Part shown: positions 35,532 through 48,140 of the stretch, piece after piece
How the letters are laid out: each line of letters starts with the position of its first letter
Position numbering within the stretch: position 1 is the stretch's first letter
DNA from: Asterionella formosa
Lineage: Eukaryota
DNA: 59,572 nt
Assembly (NCBI GenBank): GCA_002256025.1
Contig: NKIB01013326.1
Span: 1 to 59,572 of the forward strand
Direction of reading: 5' to 3'
Notes under the pieces: model-generated
What the model saw: the letters and a program-made list of their open reading frames with translations, nothing else
Database searches by the model: none
What the model was told of the DNA's origin: nothing
Made by a program: the position numbers and the translations under genes

Positions 35532-37619
35532 CTAACAATAAACCGTAGCAACACTGCCTTCAATATAAAAATCAATAAAACAACAACCACCAGTGCAATT
35601 GACTTTGTCCAAACAGTCAGCAGATATTTGAAGAACTGGATAGAGACTGCAATTGATGGTTCCACTCAAATAGTTAGAGTCCAACATCAATGTGTACAGG
35701 GACGTCAGCCCTGACAGATCTGAGGGGACTGCTCCAATTAAATTATTTGAGCTCATGTCAAGGTATGAGAGGTTCGTTAACAGGGCAATTTCCTTTGGGA
35801 TTGTGCCCGAAACTTTGGCATTATAAAAGTCCAAATGTTGAAGGTTAGTCAAGTTCCCAATTTCAGCAGGTATTTCCAAATCAGTGAAATTGTTGTTGCT
35901 CAAATCAAGATACGTAAGGGCACTTAAAAGTCCAATCTTTTCCAGGTTGGCCAATTCACTTTTCCAGACAACTGTACCGTTGGAAAAGTCTTCATAAAAT
36001 CCTATGTCTGACAGACTGTTTGTTGACATGTCCAAGTGCTCGATTTTTGACTTATTGTTGAAGATCCCAGAAGGCAATTTTTCCAGACTGTTTGCCTGCA
36101 ATTTAAGAACCATGAGATTAGAAAGCTGGAGCACATTGCTTGGCAAATCACCAATTAAGGTGCAGTAGGACAAGTTCAAGTATGCAAGTTTGCCGAGATT
36201 TCCAATCTCAGACGGAATTGATGAACCCTCAAAATTATTTAACGACAAGTCAAGAACTTGAAGCTTTGACAGCATTCCAACTTCAGTTGGTAAAACACTC
36301 CCACTTTTGGATCCAACAAAGCGTAGTGTTTCGAGGTCAGTCAACATGCCTAGTACAGATGGGAATGCAGCAAACTCCTGGGAATCACTTTGAATTGACA
36401 GCTCTGTTAGTTTGGAGAGAAGGCCAAACTCAGTGGGAATACCAAACTCAACTCTGGACCCTTCATAGTACAGATATGTGAGAGAATTAGATAAAAGTGC
36501 AATTTCGGGGGGAAATGAAAATTTTATTCCATCATCACTGGAGCCTGTGAATATTAATGATGCATTTATGGCAGTAACTTCATCCAATGTTTCATTTACA
36601 CCATCACATGTAATTCCAGGCCATTTGCAGTGGAAGTCCTCGGTCAAAACTGTACTTGTATTGATTCTGCTGGTAAATACCAAAGTTGCAATAGCATACC
36701 GTGCCTGCATCACAGAATCAGAATATGTTGAAACCTGTTTATTCATTGAGAGCCAGACCAGTGACTTGAACTGAGGAGTTCCTGTATCGGGAATGCCCAG
36801 TTCCGAGTGTAGAGCGACAATGTTGTTAATTCCTACAAGAAAATTGGTTGGTGACATAGAGATCGAAGGAAGATAACTTGGTCGGAGTGATGGAAACTTT
36901 GAGAAGGAAGGTGTATCGGATGGCCTGAGCGATGTTGACATTGAAACAGAAGGTGACACATCCGTAATTATGACAGCCGTGTTCTTGTTTTTTTTTGTCA
37001 ATATAGCAGCAATTGTTCCAATGATCGCACAAAGCACAATGGAGATGAGAGCTCCTGACAAATATCTTTGACGTTGGGATTTGTTTGGATCTATAATGGG
37101 CACTGCAGATGCGGCACCATTACTAACTTCTTGGAGGATCCTATAACGCATTTCCTCATCTGATGGCACAAGATCCGCTGTAATGACATTGCCTTCGTGT
37201 TGGGTACTGTTTTCCTCGTCGCTCTCATGTATGGCTTGCTCTTCTGTCAGGATGTCCTCGAAATCCAAACTACTGGGTCCGTCGATTTCAGCAACCCTGA
37301 TGGATCCAGGTGTTGCAAATCTCGGAGGATTCGGTGGACCTGCCCCGGCTTGAGGAGGAGGGAGGACTGAATTTCCATTTTTCTCACAGAATCCTAATGG
37401 CTCCTCATTCTGACTTTTTTTATCTGCAGCCAAGCCCGAAGAAATGTTGTTCCCCGGTCCAACCAACAAGGATGCACCCGTCCCTCCTTGAGGCTCCTTC
37501 CGGAATCGAGGACTTTCAAAGTCAGGCGCCTTTCTGACATCGTCAGTCTCCGCCTCTGTCAGTTGAGGGATGATTTCTTCGTGCAAGGTGACAATTGTTG
37601 ATTCGTGTTGTGAGTTCAT
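35532..37619 (-). CDS. Type II membrane leucine-rich-repeat (plant-RLP-like) protein
   Basis: Acidic N-terminus, TM helix (LISIVLCAIIGTIAAIL), PSxxPS stalk, TPQFKSLVWL...RYAIATL...CKWPGITC cap, then many IPxEIGxLxxLxxLDLSxN repeats and a C-terminal ADC...CC motif. Confidence 0.93.
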   Translation of the reverse strand: MNSQHESTIVTLHEEIIPQLTEAETDDVRKAPDFESPRFRKEPQGGTGASLLVGPGNNISSGLAADKKSQNEEPLGFCEKNGNSVLPPPQAGAGPPNPPRFATPGSIRVAEIDGPSSLDFEDILTEEQAIHESDEENSTQHEGNVITADLVPSDEEMRYRILQEVSNGAASAVPIIDPNKSQRQRYLSGALISIVLCAIIGTIAAILTKKNKNTAVIITDVSPSVSMSTSLRPSDTPSFSKFPSLRPSYLPSISMSPTNFLVGINNIVALHSELGIPDTGTPQFKSLVWLSMNKQVSTYSDSVMQARYAIATLVFTSRINTSTVLTEDFHCKWPGITCDGVNETLDEVTAINASLIFTGSSDDGIKFSFPPEIALLSNSLTYLYYEGSRVEFGIPTEFGLLSKLTELSIQSDSQEFAAFPSVLGMLTDLETLRFVGSKSGSVLPTEVGMLSKLQVLDLSLNNFEGSSIPSEIGNLGKLAYLNLSYCTLIGDLPSNVLQLSNLMVLKLQANSLEKLPSGIFNNKSKIEHLDMSTNSLSDIGFYEDFSNGTVVWKSELANLEKIGLLSALTYLDLSNNNFTDLEIPAEIGNLTNLQHLDFYNAKVSGTIPKEIALLTNLSYLDMSSNNLIGAVPSDLSGLTSLYTLMLDSNYLSGTINCSLYPVLQISADCLDKVNCTGGCCFIDFYIEGSVATVYC

Positions 37620-37998
37620 ATCGATATTTTAGTCTGTTTTGTTTTTCGTCAAGAAAAATATGTTGCTTGTCGTTCTCCTAGAAATTTGTACTCGTCCGGA
37701 GGCCAGGCACTAGGGTAAGCGCAAGTTGCCGTAATTGTGCTGAAAACGAATATTAAGCTCTTTTTATCCCATATTAAATTGTTTATTTAGCAAGCAAAAT
37801 GACCGCAACTTGCAGTACCAGGGTCCAGTCAAAAACTGCTTAAGACCACTATGAACTGCTTAGACCACCATAACGGCGTAATCTTGCATTTTTTACTACA
37901 AACTTTTTCAATTTTAGCGATACGACAACATTTACTATGAACATGTCATTTGTTTCACGCATTTACATACGTCAGTCTATAGGATGACTTACCGGTAA

Positions 37999-38020
37999 GG
38001 TTGCTGCATTTCAACCCTAT
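37999..38020 (+). mobile_element. Solo left TIR of the GGTTGCTGCATTT family
   Basis: GGTTGCTGCATTTCAACCCTAT, preceded by GTAA. Nearly the reverse complement of 58066-58088. Confidence 0.7.
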
Positions 38021-39253
38021 GCAAATGTATTACCGGTATGGATTCTAAACTACCAGGTACCAGGTACTACTACTTACAACCTGTAACGGACCAGGTACCG
38101 GGATACCGGTAGACGACTGGTACGTACCTGTTACGGTATACCAGTTTACCACTTCTTGGACTTCCGAACGATATCAGTAGAATTACAAACCGGGTATCCC
38201 GGGTGGTCTGTACTGGTATATATACCGTGCAACAATCTGAGGCTAATCCGGAAATTCCGTGGCGGCAGAAAATTTCAAAAAATCAGTTACAACTGCTAAT
38301 TATGTACTCCGGAGCACCCGTTGCTAAGTCTGTTATATGTTTACATCAGCTCTATACGTAGTAGTATGTTGTACAGGTAGTATGCAGAAAATGTATTATT
38401 AACAGGAAGTAAATAAATAGACCATGTGAATCATTTTATGTATTACCAGGAGGAGTACCAGGCATTGCACTGACATCTATACCAATCCCGGGCCTTTCAT
38501 GTACAAATAAAATCGCTCTATGTAGACATATTCGTATATATGCCAGCACGATGTGTAATAACGAGCAGAATGGTTTTGAGATGCAACAACACTTATTGTG
38601 GGTGAGGGGGAGATATTCCGAGGAGTAGTGTTTCACCCAGAGAAGAACCACCGATTGGTATCACGAAAGCTACCAAAGCTTTGGCAAAGCTTCCTGCATA
38701 TCACTTACTTTGTTGGCTGTGATATATGAAATGCTAAAGGTACCTGAAGTAACCCATTAAACGCTCGTATTTAATCTTTTTGCCTGGATGTTGCGATTTG
38801 TTTCTATATATTATAGTGTAGTCGTTGTGAGCGGCTGCTGGAGAATACTACATCATGTCGTCTCAGCCTTTACCATGACGAAGATAATGAATATCTCCGT
38901 GAAAAGTGAGAATGGCGGTTTGCTATGTGGTACATAAATTAAGCACGACATAGACAATACAATCATAAAAGAATTATTTCAACAACAATAGTATTGACAA
39001 CGAAAAGGCAAGTCGACAATTGCGCCATTTTTCATGCAATTTATTGATGTGCAATTAAGAACGATGGTGATATGAACAGATATGACACTTTCACAGTATG
39101 AAATACTCTACACTACGGTAGCCTGTACAAAGGTCGAAGCAAATTTTGCTTGATTTTCTATTTGAATAATATCAACTAATAGTCCATTGAAAATTTCAAA
39201 ATGACAAAATGACTCTTACGTTTACAATTACTGATCCAGTTGTTGACTACATA

Positions 39254-39370
39254 CGACTAGAAAACTGCTGACAGTGACTAGAAATTGCTGACGATGACTA
39301 GAATTTTCTGACAACGACTAGAATTTGCTGACATGACTAGAAATTGCTGACTACGACTAGACATTACTGA
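39254..39370. repeat. Minisatellite, 6 x about 20 bp (YGACTAGAAATTGCTGACNN)
   Basis: Direct reading of tandem units. Confidence 0.9.
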
Positions 39371-41744
39371 TTGGTAAAGAGTATATGCAAAACGTCTTCC
39401 AATTACTGAATATCATTACCAGTAGTAGTAGGTGAACACCATTTCGATGATTGGATCACCCCTTGGATTTAATGCATGATAATTTAACAATATAGAAAGA
39501 TACCTAAAAGAGTTTGAAATGGAAAGCCAGCTTATCTCTTCCGGTAGACATGAGACGAATCATTGGGATTGAGTCGAAACTGAATAAATGCGTATAAAAA
39601 GTGCGCGACCGGCCTTTCCGGTAGACAAATATACAGTAAAAAGGTACATGAACTTTTACCAGATTTTTTTGAGTGAGAGTTGACTGTCAGGTTGTTATCC
39701 TGTCCCGTGTTTCAAGCTAGAGAAAAATCGCTCCGAGAAAAAGGGCCCCTTTAAAAATCAGGTGAATTTCACCCAAAATATGTATCCCAGACCCGCCATA
39801 GTACTACGTTACGACTGGAAAATTCCGTTAATACTAGGGAGCCAAATTTCTAATTATAACATCGATTCTACATCGATTAAATTTCAGTGGCCCTAAAGCT
39901 CCTATTAGGTCAACAATTTATAACCACTATGAATAATAGAAAATAGTCCTGTAACTTGATACTCCGTTCTATACATGAGTCGAACACTGAGGGAACATCT
40001 TGCATACAAAGGAACGGATTCACTTGATATAATTTTCTCAAGTTTGTGTTGTAATCATCATTTAAAATCACATGCACAAATCAAAGAGCCATCCACGCGT
40101 CTTGTAAATAATTGCTTAATAAATAATTTTTTAAAAACTTTTCCACTACATCGTCCAAAGTAGATTGATTTTTCAAAACTAATGTACGAAAATGTCATAA
40201 CTAGTTTTATTGTCAACGAAAACAGCGCGCAATAATCTTTCTTCAACAATAACTTGTATACGTTGATTTAGTAATCGTTATCATTAATCCGAGTAATCTA
40301 AGAAATTATTTCTCATTGATAAACTAATGCCTTGGTGATAAACATAAGGAAAAAGTAATTGCTGCCCTAGCTGCATATACACCAGAGGCAAAGCGAGTAT
40401 TGTAAGCATCCACATTTTGTGCTTGTGTAATTCAATCTCATGTGAATAAGCCTTTATCATCGTAGCTTACTTGTATACTATTGTCAATAGACAGTTAGGA
40501 TTTGCTTGATTCTTGACTGTATTTTTAACATCTTTAATGCCAATCAACCCAAAAGTATTTAAAAAGGGTCCACCTGTAAACTCACTTCTGTTTTTGAGTC
40601 AGGTTGTGGATAGCAAACCAGCAAGGCATTTTCGAATTTCATAGCAATATACCCTGATGGTGCGTTTTTGCCGCTGACATGCTACATCTAAGCAGCTAGA
40701 TTTGTGACTAGTGTTTTAATCGATTTCAATGAACAGAATTCAACAGTTATTTTCCATGAACCAATTGGATCAACCATGACTTCCAATCATGGAAATTAAA
40801 AAACATTATAAGGTGGAAGTTGGCATGAAACGATTGCCCCTTGCTTGTCGATTTGTTTTGTGATTCTGTACAATTAAGGAGGAGGGTGATTGCAATAATC
40901 TTGCTTGGTGGTTTGACTTCCGATACAACTGAATTTTCAAACAAAGAAGAACTTACCCTGAAAACTAAATGTCTTTCAATCAAATTTCAGAAATGAAAAA
41001 AGAAAATTCCAGCCGTAAATGTAGTGGAAGCTAGACTGCACTGGTGGTAAGTAACCAGCACCATACACAAAGCTTGTCATGATGAATGTTTGCATACTAT
41101 GAGTTAGTACCGTTAATTACAAATGCGATAATAGTCAGAAAAGTTAATCATTCTTGTGTCATTGACTCTTTGTGATAGCAAGTTCAACGGGTCGATTCAT
41201 ATGATGGGTCACTTTCTAACCTGCAAGACTTGTACAATAGTTGCTGCCGATTTGCGAATCTATAGTATGGAGGTATTGTGCTGGTAACTCCCTCCAAATC
41301 ACTAAAAAGGATAATTGCAGTATTAAGTGGTAACAAAATAAATGATAGAGTTCAAGTTTCTTTGGATCTGAAGCTATTGATCTTTCTTCACCATTGCCAC
41401 CCTCCACCACCTCCTCCGGTGCCAACAACATGATATCATACCATCTTTGCTGCCTATCATTCTCCTCCTCCAAGCAATTCCCCATAGTACTATCACCACC
41501 CACCCTCTTACAACCCAACACAAAGCCACCATCATCAGACTGTATACATGTCAATCCACCCTCCTTCTCCTCCCCCTCCTCCTGCCGGATACTACCGGCA
41601 CCACGAATGAGCACCAGCACCAAATGCCTACTACTATTATCCATGTTTAATTATTTCCTACTTGACAATGTCACTAACATGCATTACTACTATGCTTTGA
41701 TTCTATACTATTTACACATTTAAGACGTATACTAGTTATTCTTT

Positions 41745-42030
41745 ATCAAGCTGGACACAAGATTGGTGACTGTTTTGGTAAAAATTATGCAACTAGAATT
41801 TGCGTAGATCTTGCAACTGCTTCTGGGACGGAGAAGCCAGCCAGATCGTTGCACAGCTCATGGCCAGAGAAAGAGCATGATTTCTGCTCTGGTAAACTCA
41901 ACTGAATCCCTTCCAACCCAAATTGTTTTTGATAAATCTAGGCACTCTTCTGCCGAAATTAACTCCAGATATCAGAACCCTTCAATGGAGATGCAACACC
42001 AGGCTTTCGTTGCAGTTTTTGAAAAGATCG
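41745..42030 (+). pseudogene. C-terminal fragment of the second-family tyrosine recombinase (paralog of 26598-26910)
   Basis: AGHKIGDCFGKNYATRICVDLATASG, then a frameshift, then DRCTAHGQRKSMISALVNS...DKSRHSSAEINSRYQNPSMEMQHQA. Aligns nearly residue for residue with the 26.6-kb copy. Confidence 0.82.
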
Positions 42031-42483
42031 CAAGTGCTTTCCCACCTGAAACACCTCAATCAGTTTCATCCTCCTCTGTACTACCTACAGTCATACCCTC
42101 TACGTCGACTCCTGTTGGTTGCTGTGTTGTAACTCCTGCCAATCCACAAGCTCAACCAGCCTCCCAATACTTATTGGCATCCAACCGGTACACTCTTGAA
42201 TAGCTTGCAGTAAAAGCTAAGAGAACTTAATGACACCATTCCCTGAGATTCAGAGAATTGGGCATTGTTCACGCTTTCAATGCTTCCAGTGTCAAATTGT
42301 TAGACTTATGAAAGACCTATCATGATCCAGAGGTCTACTATCTTATAACATGCAGGAATTATAAGAATTTCATTGCGATAAGTTAGACTAATAATTTTCA
42401 AAATATACAGCACACTAATTTAATTGCCCATTGGAGGGGTTGGGTTCGCACAAAAAGACGCTCAGATTTCAACCCAGATCTCA

Positions 42484-43469
42484 TCAACGAGAATGCACGT
42501 AAAGCATAGTGAGAAAGCATATTCCAATTAATCGAAAGACGACGAGCCAAAACTGATTATTATCTGAACGGTTCTCTTGAACACAGTCGATCAAGTCGAA
42601 TAACTGATCGCCCCTGTTGTCAATCAGCTTAAAGCTCAGGGGAACAAAATAGTCGGCGATTCCAGAAGGAGTGTTGACCTGAATACCCCCCAACAAAGCA
42701 ATCTTGCTCTTTGCTTCAACATCACCACATCCACTAGAAATAAGACGATGCATTAGATCCCTCTGAGCCTCATACAAAACAATTGAAAGTTCAACAGCTG
42801 GATCAGTGGCACTGGGAACTCTTGGCTCACATTGGAGTAAGATATTGCCCACGAAGGATTGTTGGATATCCAATGGATCTATATCATGAGTGCAAATCTT
42901 GGCGACTCCCTTTCTAACGCTAGAAACGTAAGACGCAGCCACAGCTGCACTTTCGCAGCAGATGCCGCTGTGTTTACACCCCCTACGGTTGACCTTTCCA
43001 ACAACTCCATCTGCATCAACCCCTATATGGGGTCCAAAGATGACGATGCAGTTGCCATTGGTGGGAATGTGATTAACCATTTCACAAAATGCAGAGACTC
43101 CCCCAAATGGAAAACCGGCGAGGCCTCCCATAGAGAACTGATCTCCATAGCTCGTTTTCAATCCTTTTTCGAGCTCTTTATTGATGTTGTCGCTACAGAG
43201 TGACGTAGCAACAAGGGTATTTCGTTTTCTGAATCCATATTTTCTGAGTGTTCTAGACATGTTTTCGATCAATATTTCGTTTGGTAAGGCTCTTGGGAAT
43301 ACTGAAGCGATCTTGATAGTACATGGCTTTATTGTTCAAAAGTATGAGAATGACACACAAAATGTGTTAGGAGATTTTTGCACGTCCTTCTCGACTGATG
43401 TCAGCGATCACGGGATTGGCACGAACTTACTGTCCCCTGTGAATTCGAAGGCTCATAGGATGGATTCAT
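42484..43469 (-). CDS. LCIB/LCIC-family (theta-type) carbonic anhydrase-like protein (2 exons, intron 43327-43430, about 293 aa)
   Basis: NTLVATSLCSD, FSMGGLAGFPFGG, HIP...FGPHIGVDADG.VGKVNRRG, CCESA, LLGGIQVNTP...DYFVP. The GTAAGT...CCTAAC...AAG intron links ATG 43469 in frame. Confidence 0.9.
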
Positions 43470-44583
43470 TTTCGTGTCCTGCTTGCATATGTTCAATCAA
43501 AGCACCGCCTTAACAATGTGAACAATAACTGATGTCAAATATTGTGCGAACCTTGCTTAAAATACTGATGTTCGCTTTTGCAAACCTACTTCTTGTTTAT
43601 TTGGTTGATTACCCCTGGTACCAGGGTATCCTGGTACTAGTATGTGTTTCAGTATCGGTAGACCGTTTCTCCTACTTATCAATACATCAACATGCACGTC
43701 ATTTACAACATTCCTACATAGGTACCGGTACAGTACCAGGATACCTACCAGGTAGTACCTGGTACCTCGTCCCATTCCCTGTCGTTCATCAAAAAAATAA
43801 TACATACGCTATTCCTGTATACATACATAGCCCATGAACGTAGTAAATTACCGGTATCTGCTATCTAGAAGAATAAAAATGTGCTGGCAATGTGCTGACC
43901 TCAGCATTACGTCATCTGACGTAAGCGACTAGTGACGGTCAGCAAGAATGACACGTCATGTTTCTTTGCATAATAGTAATCTAATTGCGCTGGTCTTGCT
44001 TCAATGTGCCAATTTTTCTGTCGTGTATCCTGCTGGGACTGCGACTGGCTCGCTAGTTTGTATGTGGTGACCAGCTTGAGGGAGCAAAAACTGCCATGAC
44101 TCATTAAGAACGTGTGTGTACCTGCTCTGACCCATAGAAAGTACCGGTAAATAAGACGGTTCTGGATCGTTCCTAAGCAGGAAGGCTAACTGGTACTCCT
44201 GGTGGTCAACTAAGTACGGTATGTAATTAGTTTGAGATTTTGAGTCAGTTGTTCATCGTGTCGATAGATACATCCTGAAATAGTCTACGGGGATTGACCA
44301 AAAAACAAGGACAACACGGATAACATGGATTACTGGATTCTTTCCGGCTAGGCTGATTTCAGTCTAATAGACTGGATTCAGTCTGGGTTTTTTATCCCTT
44401 GCCCCTAGATCAATTCAATGGATATTTCATTTCTAAAAAGTTAATCTAAATCTACAGAACTGTAGGTTTCTGGAGGTATGCATGGCAATAAGCTTATAGG
44501 TTTAAAAAATTTCAGATACATGAGAAGCCTACCAGCCGAAAAATCTCAAAAATGTTTGTGCATGGGTGGCGTGAAAACGAAAA

Positions 44584-46620
44584 TTGACTATGGGCAAAGA
44601 TGCTGTCGTTTCATGCCTATCCAAGTACATTCACCCCTCACTGTGGGTACGAAATCATCATCTGAACATTGGAAAAGGTCATCGACTTGAAGGAATGACA
44701 GTTCTGTGGAGGGAGCTCAAGAAAATTAGAGGTAAAGAGGTTGTGATGGCCATTGTGGTCACAGCTCCTGGGACTGTGGATGGTGCTGATACAACTGAGC
44801 TGTATGCTCTTGAAAAGCACTTCAAGATCATTTTTGAGGGTGGTTCAGACTACTTTTACTATGGCAAAGGCGATTATGTACCTGAGGAGGAGGCAGTAGA
44901 AGATGAAGAGAAGACTTCCGAGCTCTTCAAACTTGTCGAACATACTGGCACAATTTATAATGCTGATGACGTTCACCTTGCAGCTGGATTTGTTGCTGTT
45001 GGTGATGACAATGCCCCAGCACCTGACAATATTGTTCATCCCAATGCATTAATAAACAATTTGTTTGAGGATGAGTGGGGACACTCAGGAGTTTGCTACA
45101 GGAGACTGATGGGTGCATCAAATTGCAATCCAAGACTTTCATCATTTCCAACTCAGTTGAAACCGACTGTCTTCCAATTGTTTAATTTTTTTTTCCTTCT
45201 GAGTTCTTGAAAGATGATGTTTTGTTTATCATTAATCTAAAGATAGAGGGCAAATCTGTTACCTATGGCTAATGAGCTACTCAGATGGATTGGAATATGG
45301 TTTTAATGGCAACAACACAGGTAACAAAACGGCATGATTTTTGGTCAGTTGCGCCTACCAATATTTTCGACAATGCCTCATTTCTGCTAAATCACCTCAT
45401 GTCTCTTGATTGATTCGATTCAATTCTTAAGGCCATAGGCTATAAAATTCGGCCGCCAGCACCTGATTATCCGGACCATTTTCATGAATTAAGGGAAATG
45501 ATTGAAGCATGGAATGAAAACATGCAAAAAATATTTATGCCAGGACACATTGTATGTTTAGATGAACAAATGTCTACATGGACGAACATGCATATCTGTC
45601 CTGGATTCATGTTTATTCCCCAAAAGCCTTGGCCATTCGGAAATGAATACCACAAAGTTTGCTGTGACAATACAGGAATCATGTTTGCAATGGAAATTGT
45701 AGAGGGAAAAGATGCTCCCCGATCACGACAATATCAAGAGTTTGATGATCTTGGTGGAAAGACTGTTGGCCTATTGCTTCGACTCTCAAAATCGATTTGG
45801 GGGTCAGCAAGAAGGATAATCATTCTTGACAGTGGATTTTGTGTACTAAAAGTAATCATTAAATTAAGGAAGAAGGGATTGTATGCATCAGCACTGATAA
45901 AGAAACGAAGCTTCTGGCCAAAAAAATCCGAGGTGAAGAAATCAAGGCACACTTCGAAAGCCTTGAGTGTGGCTTTGCAGATGCCTGGCCAGGAAAACTA
46001 GACAACATCCCCTTCCATGTATATTGCATGAAGGAACCAGATTACCTGATGTCTCTTTTGTCTCCGTATGGGACCTAAGAAACAATTGGCAAGGTTTCAA
46101 TGAGAATTTGATCGGTACAAGGAACGAAGCGCCAAAAACAGGTTACATATACTAGGTTATCCACAACCACATGCAAAGAGGCACTCCCCAATCAGTTTGG
46201 AGGTGGTATGGGCGACGAAATGGTGGCCAAATAGAGTGTTTGCATTCATCTTGCCAGTCACGGAAGTAAATGCCATGTTGGCATATAAACACTTCTGCAA
46301 GTACAAGAAGGTTGATGGCATGCTCGGGGCTTTTCGCAAGCTTTTGGCAGAGGTATTGTTGTGTAGTAATCCTTATTACAAAGAAGAAGAATCGCCTGGA
46401 AAGTTTTCGAGATTGACAAAAAATTCTGAGCACAGAGTTTTCCGGCTACCCAAAGGCAATGCATTTTCGGATCAGAGATTGTGGATGCTGACAGTTTTCC
46501 CATCCCCAAAGTACATGTTTAGACTACAAAGAAGAAAGACTCGGACATGATGTATATGCTCAATGGGTGTCTATCATTGTGTTGACTGTTGTTTACATCA
46601 TTCCATGGAAGCAGTATTGA
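44584..46620 (+). pseudogene. piggyBac-like (DDE_Tnp_1_7) transposase, fragmented
   Basis: IVCLDEQMSTW, PQKPWPFGNEYH, IILDSGFCVL, ASALIKKRSFWPK, ATKWWPNRVFAF, and a Cys-rich tail CICSMGVYHCVDC. Several stops and frameshifts. Confidence 0.88.
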
Positions 46621-47584
46621 GTCCTTCCAGTCCAGACTGATATGTGTCTGTGGAATTTTTCATGTTGTGACTGGCAACAATCGACTACTAAATATTACTA
46701 GTAGTTCAAATTTCACTTCTTTGTCTTTAACATAAATACCCCTTTTGTTCAGGGGAAAAGTACTACCCAGCGATGCATATAAAGTTAAAGGGAGGAGATG
46801 TTAACGCTTTTTTATCGGGCCGCATAGGGAGACTGATATCAGCCTGTCGAGCCGGAAAGAACCCGTTACATATAAGGAAAGTTTGGAAATCTCCTTGTGA
46901 TATGATATTCGATGATTCATATGCCGGGAAAAACTTCGAAATTGATCTCAATCATTTCCTGAAAAACAGAACAACCTAAAATGCCCTGAGGGGCAGTTAA
47001 ATTAAACCTTAAATTCCCTACCTTGCCCTTATTATTACAATTGTAATCATTTGTGTAGGTTCTACAGCTTGGATCGTGATAGAAATTGAGGAGGTTAGTT
47101 TTGTGGTATCATCAGCACGACAACCAAGAAATATCTCTGCATCAGACAGAAGAAAAAAATGTGGTTGAAGCATATGGTAAGCCCAACAATATTCGTTTAA
47201 TCCAAATCATATCCTGAGCTAGAATTCTATGTTGGATGGTGCAATGGCTGGAGTTCCGGCAGTGGTGGCGGAGATTTCTCTCCAGGAAGAATATTTGATT
47301 TTAGTGAAAAATTGTGCTCACCCTGGCCGCTCTCCAAAAAATGCTCCTGACTTCAACGGCTTGAAGGTTCCATTTGACCAGCCAGTGGCGGCTCTACGAC
47401 AGGGTGGTGCTGCGCCCCTAGAATGCTCAGTGTTAAGCTGAAAACGAAGGCACTTAAAAAGCGGATCAAACGCTGGCTTACCTGAAAAGACATGAGCATT
47501 TGATGTCACTCATGTTGTCCAAAATAATAGGATGAAATATAACCTGGATCAACAATCAGATTGCTGCATTCGAATTTTCTGCAG

Positions 47585-48140
47585 GTAACATTGTCAATGA
47601 TATTGATGAGCCAAAAATCAATTTTGATATGTTTGGATCAAGGACTTTGGCGAACTGTCGTGAGAGGACCATAGGGTTTCAAACAACAGGGAATTCAAAT
47701 CGTTTCACTATTGTGTTAGGTGTGACAATGAGTGTTGAGAAGTTGCCTCCAATGACTGAATTTACAGGAACAAGAGATGGACGCATTGCCATGCAATTTT
47801 CAATTATTGGACAACAATTCACAACTTTTTCTTGTCAATACTAATTATCAACAACTTTTCCGGTTGGTATTGAATTTGCTTGTCAACCCAAAGCTTGGTT
47901 TGGATTGAAACAGACAAATTCACAAAATGGATCGAAAATTTTTGTCTTCCATTTGTTTTGAGAAGAGGCGAAGAGCCTTCCCACATTATTATGGATGATT
48001 TTCCTGTTCACAGCAAGGTTTGACGTTTTGACGTTGTGTGGATACAATTAAATTTTGCGGAACTTAGATCATTTGTGTATGTCCTCCCAGCCTTCACCTT
48101 TAGACTTCAAGTTTTGAAATCGGAGTGAATTAATCCTTCA
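47585..48140 (+). pseudogene. pogo/Tigger-like (DDE_1) transposase remnant
   Basis: IDEPKINFDM...TTGNSNRFTIVLGVTMSVEKLPP...GTRDGRIA...FACQPKAW...IMDDFPVH...LQVL. Confidence 0.82.

Noticed and set aside
39254..39370. CRISPR-like array
   Set aside because: Units are contiguous with only 2-3 nt of variable sequence, there are no spacers or cas genes, and the context is eukaryotic.
41216..41723. Overlapping ORFs on both strands
   Set aside because: Low-complexity CCT/CCA-rich sequence with no domain evidence.
44390..46770. piggyBac TIRs and TTAA TSD
   Set aside because: Only a weak CCCTTGCCCCTAG / CAGGGGAAAAG resemblance and no TTAA flanks, so the ends cannot be supported.
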